A stretch of DNA of 64,000 bases from Eledone cirrhosa (GCA_964016885.1 OZ024756.1:8432001-8496000), one strand, 5' to 3'; shown: positions 53,424 through 63,495, counted from the stretch's first letter. Numbers and translations: made by a program. Notes: generated from the letters alone by a model not told the origin.

Positions 53424-55245
53424 ATGACCTCACTCAGAATAGGCAGCATAGGTGGCTTGGGGTCGTCATGGAAGCAGGGTCACCTGCTCAACGACCTCAG
53501 GTCACTAAACATAGATGTAGTGGCCATCAGCGAGACCAGAATCTCCGAAGCACGGGCCTTCGCACCGATCTTCGGCGGCTACGATGTGTACGCATCTCCC
53601 AGCCGTCCTGGATCGGGGGGAGGAGTTGCTGTGCTTTTTCGGAGAGGTTTGGATCTCGCCATACGGGCCATCTTCCTGGACCCAGAGGGTAAGCTGGTGG
53701 TGCTGGACGTGACCAGCGGAGACGAGCAAGCTTTCAGGCTAGTGGCCGTCTATGCCCCGACAGGAGCAGGGCGGCCTGATTTCTTCCGGCGTCTGGAGAC
53801 CTTTCTTGGAACGTCCCGCTCTTTAGTGTTAGTGGGCGACTGGAACGGGATCTTAGATGCACGCTGGGTCTGTGTGGGATTAGCGGATAGGTGTGGAGGG
53901 TGCAAGAGCCTCACCAACCTGCTCAGGCGTTTTGAACTGTCTGACAGGTACCGATTGGATTTCCCGAATGTGCCAATGTGGACTTGGACAAATCGAATAG
54001 GGTCATCCAGATCATATCTAGATAGAGTATTTTGTAGGGAAATAGATAGGTCTAGCATAGGCTGTCCACAATTCAAGATAGTCAGCTACACGGACCACAA
54101 ATTCGTGATCTGTGTGCTTGACTTAGATAGGCTTCATAGACGAGGACCCGGCTACTGGAAGCTAAACGCGTCCTTACCAGCGCGCAAGGCCTACAGAGAC
54201 CGGATTAGCGAACTAGTTAAGCGGGCGTTGACGGGGGCCATCGTCAACAACAAGTGGTGGTTTGCTCTGAAAAGAGTGATTAGAATAGAATCTATTAGGT
54301 TTAGTAAGGCTTTAGCAATAGAGAAAAATAGAGCAGAGTTAGAAAATTAGACGAGGCGCTTAGCAAAGGCATTGCGACCGACGTGCTTGCGGCGAAATTG
54401 GCCCTTGACCAATTCTTCAATGCAAAAAGCACGAAGGCTGCGTTGTCAGAGCAAGGGTGCGTGCTCTCAGACACGAGGGAACGAAAGCCGTTCAATGGGC
54501 CCGAGTGGCGGAGGCGCGTCGTGGCAACAAAGCCACGATCCGGTCTTTGGTGGACCACGACGGGCGCATGCTACTCGATCCCGGGCAAATGTGTGAAGCT
54601 TTTCAGCGACACTTCGCTCAGCTGTTCGGGGGCAGCGGTGGGCCGGGTCGAGGGATGGACTTTAGTGTCTACCTCGACGGACTGCCGCGGCTCTCGGCCA
54701 CTGAGGCGAAGTGTTGCGAAAAGCCGATAACAGCCGCTGAAGTAAGGGAGGGAATGACTGGCTGCACAAGGGGTAAATCGCCTGGTTTGGATGGTCTGCC
54801 CTATGAACTTTACGTACAGATGCCAGACTTGTTCGGAGGCCTCTTGGCGGACGTCTACTGCAACTGGCAACAGAACGGGAGAATTCCCAGTTCTGTGAGC
54901 CGAGGAGCGGTGGCACTGCTGAGAAAGGATCCGAACAAGGGGGATAACGTAGATAATTTTCGGCCCATAACTCTGCTAAACACAGAGTTCAAGATTTTGG
55001 CCAAGGTGCTAGCAAAGAGGTTGGCGCTTGTCGTTGGTGGTCTGGTGGGAGAGGCGCAGACATGAGCCGTTCCCGACAGATCCATCCACGACAACCTCCA
55101 CCTCATGCGATACATCGTAGAGAGGGTAGCTAGGGAACCTGGCACGGGTGGGTCCTTGATCAATTTAGATCAGTCGAAAGCTTTCGATAGGGTCGACCAT
55201 CGTTACCTAGCGGCAGTCCTGGGGGCGGCTGGCTTTGGGCCCGTC
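53424..55245 (+). pseudogene. Tx1-type ORF2 (APE endonuclease plus partial reverse transcriptase), disrupted
   Basis: APE motifs AISET, VYAP, GDWN, SYLDRVF, TDH; Tx1-like GYWKLNASL; RT motifs KSPGLDGLPYE, FRPITLLNTEFKILAK, LDQSKAFDRVDH. Frameshifts near 54345 and 54427, in-frame TGA at 55063-55065. Confidence 0.92.
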
Positions 55246-55255
55246 TATATATATA

Positions 55256-56800
55256 ATTCAAGAAAAAAGAGTGACATGGTTCGCTATACAATAAAGGCTT
55301 TATTCAGGTTGCTGACAATTGTTTTTTCGATCTGGTAGGTCTAGAGTTCGCTACTCGCCTGATTTTGAGTCAATCGATCTCCAATACTTTGTTTATAACC
55401 AGTCGTTTTCATCGGACCACGCGAAAGTGAAGAATATACACAAGGCATGGCTTTTATATAGGAGTGGTATTAAACCAGAACACTAATATCAATAATAAAA
55501 TAAAATAACTAGATAGTGAATAGCTAAAATAATAACATCAATATAAGTAAGAAATAGAGTATAATGATGAATCTAGCATGTTAAACGAACGGATATTATA
55601 CAGATGTATGAAATTGACATGTGAAAACTGCTATAGGGTACGTTAGATATAGTGTTAAGGTGGCGGAGATATAACAGTGACAACTAAAATGTACTTGGGG
55701 TCAAGATTTATGAGATGTGTGCTTTGCTGTAGGTGTGCTGGCAATACACCGGGGATTTCCTTATTGTCTGACAGATAAAGATTTTCGTAGTATTAATTTA
55801 GTGATAATGATAGTTTTTATGTGGTGTTAAGTGGAGTTGTAGATTCTTTATTTAAGTGGCCTATACTAAAAGTAGGGATTGTTAGTTCGAGTCATGGGGT
55901 TTTAGTTTTCACAACATCAATAACCAATCGTGTATAAATAAAACAATAATAATAACAATAATAGTGGAGACAAAACAGGTAATAAAATAGTAAAATATGC
56001 ATGGTAGATATAGAGAACATGATGAATAATACTAGGGATACATTGAGATGTTCATAATAATAATAAGAGGAAAGTGAGATTTCAAGGAGTGTAGGAGTAA
56101 TAAGATAATGTACTTAGAATTAAGTTCATCTGTTAGAGATCATGAGTGCTAATGTGAGATATAATTGTTTGGTCCTAAGGAGTGAACAACAGCAAAGATG
56201 AGATTGATTTATGGGCTGATAAGATAGTTGTAGACATATCCCAGTGGTATAGAATTAGGGAGGCTAGAAGGAGTTTATAGAAGGTTATGTTCTGTAGTGG
56301 GCTGTATGAGAATGCGGATGTCAAATGTTAAATGCTAAGTGATGTTGGTTCGAATTACGGTGGTTTAAATCTCGCGAATTTACTAGCAATCCTATGTCTG
56401 CAGAAAATTGACCTTTCTATTTTGCTGTTGAGTAGCATTTTATCGTTCCTTAAGATATGCAGCAATTCAAGGTTGCAGAGTCCGCAATGGGACATACCAC
56501 TGCTATAGTACTTAGCGGCCGCCAATTTCGACCAGCTAATATTGTAATCAAGGTTTTTATCCTTAAGTTGCCAGATTTTATTGGCGAGGGTTGTAGAATT
56601 TACCAGTGCACGGTTTTTCATTGAATGTCTGTGCACATACCATCTTTTTTTAAAAACACCCACGGTGGATCCAATGTAGTGCCAAGTGGAGTTGCCCGAG
56701 TTTACAGTGCACATGTACACTAGGCTCGAATCAAGGCACCTATTCGCTAATGGACATTTGCCCGGTAGGTGGCAATTGCAGTTTGAGGTATTATTCTGTT
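55256..56800 (-). mobile_element. Penelope-like element 1, 5'-truncated: endonuclease domain, 3' region and pseudo-LTR ending at (TA)n
   Basis: GIY-YIG domain at 56355-56780, about 1.1 kb AT-rich 3' region, TATATAAAAG at 55451-55460 (minus), hammerhead-like halves at 55409-55415 and 55314-55328. Confidence 0.75.
56355..56780 (-). pseudogene. GIY-YIG endonuclease domain of a PLE (open frame, RT missing)
   Basis: CNCHLPGKCPLANRCL-LVYMCTV-HYIGST-FKKRWYVH-LANKIWQLK-ISW-CGLCNLE-LLNSKIE-CRH. Confidence 0.85.
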
Positions 56801-57042
56801 ATATAAACTGTTATATGTGGGTTGCGATTCATGCCTATTAAAGTTTTGCTGTGGTGCGTATACAGACGTACAGTAGTATGTATATATATATATACATACA
56901 TGCACACATAATATATATATGTACGTATGGATTTACCGAACATTTATTATAATGTTCGGTTTGTTTGTAAACAAACAACCCGAATTAAGCCGTACAGTGT
57001 TTAGCAACCATCGTTGCCCTTTTGTTCAACACTGACAAAGGA

Positions 57043-57085
57043 ACGATGTACTAGTTTCAAGCTTATTAGCTATCGTCAGCACCGT
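57043..57085 (-). ncRNA. Minimal type I hammerhead motif (family B, minus copy)
   Basis: Reverse complement of 57559-57601. Confidence 0.7.
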
Positions 57086-57558
57086 AAACCTTCCTGCCAG
57101 ATGATTGAACGTCTGAAAGTATATACTTTCCTTATGCATATTAACGGCTGAGCAGCCTAATTTGCATATCTAGTGAGTTAGTCGGCCGGGCGCACCGAAA
57201 ACGAAATGGAAAAAATGAAAAGAAATTTCATTTCTCACTCTTAGTACGGCTGTTACGTAAATATAAGTATGTATACGTACATACATATATATAGAGAGAC
57301 GTACAGTAGTATGTATATATATACATACATGCACACATATATATATGTACGTATGGATTTACCGAACATTTATTATAATGCTCGCTTTGTTTGTAAACAA
57401 ACAACCCGAATTAAGCCGTACAGTCATTTTTTCCATTTATCGTTTTCGGTGCGCCCGACCGACTAACTCACTCGATATGCAAATTAGGCTGCTCTGCCGT
57501 TAATATGCATAAGGAAAGTATATACTTTCAGACGTTCAATCATCTGGCAGGAAGGTAT

Positions 57559-57601
57559 ACGGTGCTGACGATAGCTAATAAGCTTGAAACTAGTACATCG
57601 T
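57559..57601 (+). ncRNA. Minimal type I hammerhead motif (family B) with palindromic CTAG helix III loop
   Basis: ACGGTG-CTGACGA-T-AGCT-aata-AGCT-T-GAAA-CTAG-TA-CATCGT. 6-bp helix I (one G-U), full core, palindromic tetranucleotide as known for PLE minimal hammerheads. Confidence 0.72.
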
Positions 57602-58005
57602 TCCTTTGTCAGTGTTGAACAAAAGGGCAATGATGGTTGCTAAACACTGTACGGCTTAATTCGGGTTGTTTGTTTACAAACAAACCGAGCATTATAATAA
57701 ATGTTCGTTAAATCTATACGTACATATATATATGTGTGCATGTATGTATATATATACATACTACTGTACGTCTGTATACATATATGTATGTACGTATACA
57801 TACTAATATATATAAATATATATATATAGTAAGGTGTATTATTGGTTGTGCAAAACGGTCCAATAAATTTTTGTTAGCAATATTAAGTTCTCCACGCTTT
57901 TGTATATCTCCAATTCCATTCAAGGGAACAGCTAGATGATGTAAAACGGAGTATTAGTATCAAAATGAAAATCCGAAGGCAAGGTAAAATTTCCAATCAT
58001 TTTAA

Positions 58006-58079
58006 TCACGACACATGTTTCAATAAGAGATAGATCGATCGTGAAGCCATGATCAATTATCACTGATCTCATCAGGTGA
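58006..58079 (-). ncRNA. Long-helix-II hammerhead-like motif (inverted copy of 62185-62258)
   Basis: Minus strand reads TCAC-CTGATGA-47 nt-GAAA-CATGTG-TC-GTGA. Confidence 0.55.
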
Positions 58080-58614
58080 AAATGAATTGATGAACGGACT
58101 CATATACGTGAGGCGAGTCACCCCAACCCCTGGGAACTTACCTATAGAGCAGACAAGAACTGAGACCCGACCCCAAAGGTACCGTGGTTCCTCTGGAACT
58201 ACCCAGGTCGATAACAGAAAATGTAATTGCAGGAACACCGCCACTTGCCCCATGGCTTGGAAATGTCTCACCAAAAACATAGTCTACGACTGTAAGGTCT
58301 CCACTCTTGATAGAACCTTCAGGTATGTTGGGGCAACTGCCACTGAATTTAAGGATTGATGGTATAATCACCCCCATACCTTTAATATATTAGATAAAAA
58401 AAAATAGGACGGCGATTTCTGGATTAGTCTGGAAGCTTAAACAACAGAATATAGAGCACTTCTTATCCTGGTCCATAATTTGCTCAGCCCAGCCTTATAA
58501 CGGCAGCACTGGCGTCTGTAATTTCTGTATAGCTGAAACCTTTAATATTATTAGAGGCGGCCCCCTATTAATTAATAGGTGAGCGGATTTTTTAGCAACT
58601 GCCAACATAGAACC

Positions 58615-58975
58615 TATAGCAAAATACTGGTGTGTATGAATGTAATAAGGAGACGTGGTTTGTGTGTATAATATTTAATCAACAATTTGTAGTTATATAG
58701 AACAGTATAGTTGACATGTCAATGAATAGATGAAAGAATGAAGCAAAGTTATTAGTTACCGTTTGGTTGCCAGGCGAACGCGCCTGGGCGAATACGCCTG
58801 GCCGAAAAGGCAAATGAGAGAGGGAGCTTAAAGTTATTCCCTTTATAGGGTTGGAACGGAAGTAACAGAAAGGGTTCTGCCACCAACGGGAAGTAACTCC
58901 AACTACTTCCTGTCTAGAGAGCGTTAATCTATTGGTGATGTGAGTGTCACAACAAGGGAGGCAACTCCTGCTACA
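58615..58975 (-). repeat. 3' LTR (361 bp)
   Basis: Direct repeat of 60315-60678. Minus strand reads TGTAGCA...TGCTATA and is preceded by purine-rich GGCGGGAGATAA. Confidence 0.92.
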
Positions 58976-60300
58976 TTATCTCCCGCCAGATTTTTAAAAT
59001 ATAAAAATCGAATGAAATATGTATGTAGTAAGTTGGCGAGAATGTTGTAACAGGCATGAAAATTACGAAAAAAAAAATGTTTGCAATAATAGGAAAACAG
59101 CAAAATGTATGCATGCAAAAATCAATGATAGATATCAAGGTAGCCAACCGCTCTTGGCCAGAGAACGACTGGACATCTATCTATCCATCACCCAAAGATA
59201 CAATGTAATCAAAGAGAAGAGAAGAGCTCAAAGTTCACATGTTCAAAATACAGTTCACAGGTGTGCAATCACATGACAGCAGGAAAGAAAGTGTGTTCCA
59301 GTGAATGAATGCAGGTGGTTTCTGTTCTGTGGTATATCGTGAAATTTCCAACCTCCGAATGGATTTTCTCACAGGAAGAGTGCTGCAAAAATAAATTCTC
59401 TGGCTTGTTCTGCTGGTTTTGGTTGTTGATGAAGCTGTGTTGCTGTTGATGTTGTTGTCTCGCGGAGTGAGCGTATTCGATGTTTAAATTCACAGTAAAA
59501 AATTTTTCCAGAAAAAATGAGTTGAGCAAAGTCTAGAAATAACAGCCGAAGTTGATGGTCGATGTTGAGAATGCGTTGACCTGGAAGGGTCAAGAGGCCA
59601 GCGACCAAAGAAATAAGCATTCCGAATAAATGCGCAGTTTTCAACGGCAAATTTACGTGGTAAATTTTTAAACCGGCAAATAGGAGAATATAGCTTAAGG
59701 CTGGAGAATCCTTGGCGAGAAACGTTATCTCTGGCGTGTGGTTATCTCCGTGAGTCGAGAATTGTGCTGCCTACACGTGCCAAAACAAGGTTAAGTTGAA
59801 AAAAAAATATTTCTAATGCGCGAGAAAATGATAGTGCAACAGGTCGTTGGCAGCCATTTTGAAAAAATGTGTGTGTGAACGTGACAATATGATGAAAAAG
59901 AAAGAAAGGCTTCACTTAGTATAACAAATATGGCGAGTTCAATTTTTTTTGTGAACGATGAAAAAAACTTGAACGATGAAGAAAACGATGAAAAAAAGCA
60001 ATAGTTGAGATTCATCGAAAATAAATGTTCATGTTGAAATGTGTAAAAAAAAAAAAAATTTCTTTTTTTTTTTGTTTTTAAAGTGTTCGTTGTAAGAAGA
60101 AACGAAAAACACATATATATATACAGTGAAATGCGACAGTTAGTTGATGCGTGAGAGAAAAAGAATCTGTCTGAACGAGAATTTCACATGTGCGTGTGTT
60201 CGTTTCTGTGTCTGCGTATGTTCATAGTTTGTCAATAAAATTTGCTGCGTATTCGTAATGTTACTCACACAACACCAGATTCTGCCATTTTTTTCTTTTT

Positions 60301-60312
60301 TCGGGGTCACCA
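60301..60312 (-). promoter_or_regulatory. Primer-binding site complementary to tRNA-Trp 3' end
   Basis: Minus strand TGGTGACCCCGA lies 2 nt after the 5' LTR and matches the first 12 nt of the classic tRNA-Trp PBS TGGTGACCCCGACGTGAT. Confidence 0.85.
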
Positions 60313-60314
60313 CT

Positions 60315-60678
60315 TATAGCAAAATACTGGTGTGTATGAATATAACAAGGAGACGTGGTTTGTGTGTATAATATTTAATCAACAATTTGTGGTTATATAG
60401 AACAGTATAGTTGACATGTCAATGAATAGATGAAAGAATGAAGCAAAGTTATTAGTTACCGTTTGGTTGCCAGGCGAACGCACCTGGGCGAAGACGCCTG
60501 GCCGAAAAGGCAAATGAGAGAGATGGAGCTTAAAGTTATTCCCTTTATAGGGTTTGGAACGGAAGTGACAGAAAGGGTTCTGCCACCAACGGGAAGTAAC
60601 TCCAACTACTTCCTGTCTAGATAGCGTTAATCTATTGGTGGTGTGAGTGTCACAACACGGGAGGCCACTCCTGTTACA
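60315..60678 (-). repeat. 5' LTR (364 bp)
   Basis: Minus strand reads TGTAACA...TGCTATA. About 11 substitutions and 2 small indels versus the other LTR by hand count. Confidence 0.92.
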
Positions 60679-62184
60679 AACCTCTAAAACCTTCCGCAGG
60701 ATTTTTGGAAAGTAACCTACCATTAACTCCTCCCTCTCTACTTTAGCCATAAAGTTCTCTCAATAAACAGACAATCACACACTCAGGTAGTTAGACGGCT
60801 AAGATCGTTTGCTCACTTACAAACGATACTCGACCTGTTTCCACAGAGTTCTCACAGCTGAGTGCACTTTAGAATACCTAGTTAGTAAATAGTTAGAATG
60901 ATTACACACTCAGAATACCTAGTTAGTAAATGATTACACACTCAGGCAAAACCGATTACGCGCATTTGCCTTTACTTTAAGATACCCTAACCATTGAGTT
61001 CTCTCGGTTGGGATATAGCTAGACGTATTGCACACTCAGTTAAGACCGATTGCGCTCTCTTTACATAACTCTACACACAGTACCCGTTTTCTTTAGACAT
61101 TGAGTTCCCACAGTTACGACTGGTTACGTTCCTACCGATTGAACACTACACTAGGTTTTGATCATCTAACCATGGAGTGCTCACAGTTACGGATTGAACA
61201 GTAATACTTACACACCATTAATGGGCCTACACACATCCTCTAGGTTTTGCTATCCTTTGTTATTTTACTTTACTTTTTGTGTTGGATAACACATCTCCAC
61301 CACTCAAACACCTATCTTAAAAGCCCAAGGGCCCATATGACGGGAAATCGCACTTACTGACACCTTAACCCAAATACCCAACCCTACACGGAGCCCCTTG
61401 CTGGCCTACATAGCGGTTGCTTGCACGCACAGATTTGGGGACTCGGATTCTCAATGGGACAGCGGTACATACTGAGTTCGATATGAGCTGATTGCTTGCT
61501 CTTCACATAGATGTGTATATACCTAGACATACACTTTTTTGGACGATACGGATGTGTATATACCATAACATACACTATTTGGAGATACGGATGTTACAAT
61601 TCAATCTATACACGTATAGCAGAACACTGAACTGAACTTACTTGCTTACTTGCTTGTGTGTTTATGTGTGTGTATGGGGCTGTGGTTGACCCAATATTTC
61701 CAATTTGCATCGTCAAATTGTGATTTAACCAATGTAGCATTTGTTGTTTTGTAAACTAACTCTCGGTAAATGCTATGTTGGTATATTCTTATATTTATTG
61801 TTTTTTCTTTCACATGTCTTCGGTGTGTGTGTACCCACTCACACTAATTGTGACCGTCTATAGTTCTACAGATTTGATACTGTGTTGATGTGTGTATATA
61901 TATATATTTTTTTTCTTTGACCTCGAGTCGGTGTGTGTGGGTGTTGAGTGTGTGTGTACCCACTCACATAACCTGTGACCGATTGTATTTCTACAGATTT
62001 GATTGATGTCCAGCGTCTTTTGCAGCTATTGGGATATAAAAACTTATTGGTTTTTATGACCTTAACTGAAGTTGATAGCAGTCGCCGCATTTTGACTGCT
62101 TGATCTCCATATGAGGGAATAAACTCTGTGAGTGAACATTGCTAATTTTCTCCCTCATATCAAGAATATGAAGACAATTCATTT

Positions 62185-62258
62185 TCACCTGATGAGATTA
62201 GTGATAATTGATCATGACTTCACGATCGATCTAAGTCTTATTGAAACATGTGTCGTGA
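62185..62258 (+). ncRNA. Type I hammerhead-like motif with 47-nt helix II region
   Basis: TCAC-CTGATGA(62189-62195)-47 nt-GAAA(62243-62246)-CATGTG-TC-GTGA. Helix I TCAC/GTGA, GUC cleavage triplet. Confidence 0.6.
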
Positions 62259-62310
62259 TTAAAATGATTGGAAAATTTACCTTGCCTTCGGATTTTCATT
62301 CATATATATA

Positions 62311-63300
62311 TAGAAAAGATGAATATAAAATGAAAGTGCTTTTTTTTAAAAAGGAATTTATTAGGTATTGACATATGTTTCTGTAACAGACGGAATACCT
62401 ATGTATCGCTGCTTGCGTAATCATATAATTGTTTCTACTTTTGGCACAAGGCCAGCAAATACCCAGTACATTACTGGTACTTTATTTTATCGACCCCGTA
62501 AGGATGAAAGGCAAAGTTAACCTCGGCGGGATTTGAACTCAGACCGCAAAGGGACGTAACTATGTTGGAAAGCATGGCGTCCGACTCTCTACCGATACTG
62601 CCAATCCACCAATGTTAGCAAGTATTCGATAGCAAATGTATAATCAGTTGTCACTTCTTCAGAGATATTGGATAAATTGGAAAAAATCAGAAAAATTGAA
62701 ATATTTATATTAGTTGTAATAAAGAAGGAAGAGGGGGGATAGTATATGACAGATGGCAATTCAATTTACTGGTAAACAAGTATATAAAGGGTTTCTTTTG
62801 AGAATACAATGAGTATATGGTTTATTTTATCTAAATAAGAATTTTTGGGAGTGCCTATTTTAATCTATACTTGACCAATTGAACAATGGACAGGGCTGGT
62901 CGTTTGGTGTAGTAGTATTAATTATAAAGTGTCAATTAAGGAAGAGGGAGATTTCGACTGCTACTGAATAACAACAATGCTGGTAGCCTGCTGGTATATG
63001 CATTAGGGAATTGAATTAAGAAATCTCATTTTATCTATAGCAGTTTATATTAAATGATAAAGAATAGAAGAGTTGATAGAATTAAGACTAATAGAGAATG
63101 TTAATATGTATTTTGACAATCAAACGGAGATGGAGACAGACGTTCAATCCTGGTAGTATTTGTAATATGAAAATGTAGATTTTAAGCGATGGTTACAGTA
63201 TAACGATCGCTCTATTCTCTTATTTAATAAAATGTTTTTGGATTTCATAATACAAAATAATTCCATATTACATAATTTACAAAATTCCTGTCCGTGGGAA
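62311..63300 (-). mobile_element. Penelope-like element 3, 5'-truncated within the endonuclease; SINE inserted in its pseudo-LTR
   Basis: 63144-63300 encodes CKLCNMELFCI...LLNKRIERSLYCNHR, matching the C-terminal half of the other two endonucleases. Hammerhead halves at 62656-62662 and 62370-62381; ends at (TA)n ~62302-62311. Confidence 0.72.
62425..62610 (-). mobile_element. tRNA-derived SINE, near full length
   Basis: Minus strand GGTGGATTGGCAGTATCGGTAG...GAGTTCAAATCCCGCC...GGCCTTGTGCCAAAAGTAGAAACAATTAT; same family as 50175-50374. Confidence 0.88.
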
Positions 63301-63378
63301 ATGGAGGGGCAGCTGCTATTATCTCCCATTTTAGGTTAAATTGTTGGTTATTTTCGCGCAGCTGCCAAGCCTTGTCTG

Positions 63379-63495
63379 CGAGTGTTGTTACATAACGCTG
63401 GTTTACATGTTTTATCGAGTAACGATATAGACATCGCCTTTATAGACATCGTTACTCGATAAAACATGTAAACCAGCGTTATGTAACAACACTCG
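63379..63495. repeat. Perfect 48-bp inverted repeat with 21-bp spacer
   Basis: 63379-63426 is the exact reverse complement of 63448-63495. Confidence 0.95.

Larger units (their letters stand above)
51081..55245 (+). mobile_element. Tx1/L1-clade LINE, apparently 5'-complete, 3'-truncated within the RT
   Basis: Two-ORF layout: ORF1 with CCHC knuckle, then ORF2 with APE endonuclease and N-terminal RT. Homology stops at (TA)n at 55246. The 5' boundary is approximate. Confidence 0.9.
56858..57803. mobile_element. PLE pseudo-LTR cluster, family B: ~360-bp inverted arms with an internal partial copy
   Basis: 56858-57218 is the reverse complement of 57424-57779. 57266-57424 is a third partial copy in the same orientation as the first. 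Each arm carries a hammerhead motif. Confidence 0.78.
58615..60678 (-). mobile_element. Non-autonomous LTR retrotransposon (2064 bp), Gypsy-like signals
   Basis: Two LTRs, 4-bp TSD AACC (58611-58614 and 60679-60682), PBS and PPT in the expected positions; no recognisable gag/pol in the 1.34-kb interior. Confidence 0.92.
58222..60715 (+). pseudogene. GIY-YIG endonuclease domain of PLE 2, decayed and split by the LTR insertion (coding parts 58222-58614 and 60683-60715)
   Basis: CNCRNTATCPMAWKCL-IVYDCKV-RYVGAT-FKD*WYNH / ISGLVWKLK-LSWSI-PY-CNFCIAE-LINR / CQHRT|SKTFRRIFGK*, with internal stops and frameshifts. Confidence 0.85.
57964..62300 (+). mobile_element. Penelope-like element 2: inverted 5' partial pseudo-LTR, truncated ORF end, 3' region and 3' pseudo-LTR; interrupted by an LTR element
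   Basis: 57964-58089 is the reverse complement of 62175-62300. GIY-YIG remnant at 58222-58614 resumes at 60683. (TA)n follows the 3' end. Confidence 0.82.

Noticed and set aside
55268-55310. Second hammerhead on the minus strand (CTGAATA...GAACCATGTC)
   Set aside because: Two core mismatches and no helix I pairing.
58976-60300. gag/pol remnants in the LTR element interior (ORFs 59269-59529, 59369-59650, 59791-60114)
   Set aside because: I could not find zinc knuckle, protease, RT or integrase motifs by eye; BLASTX would be needed to exclude very decayed remnants.
47407-63495. Both short palindromes have 21-bp spacers
   Set aside because: Arms and spacers share no sequence; two cases are compatible with coincidence.
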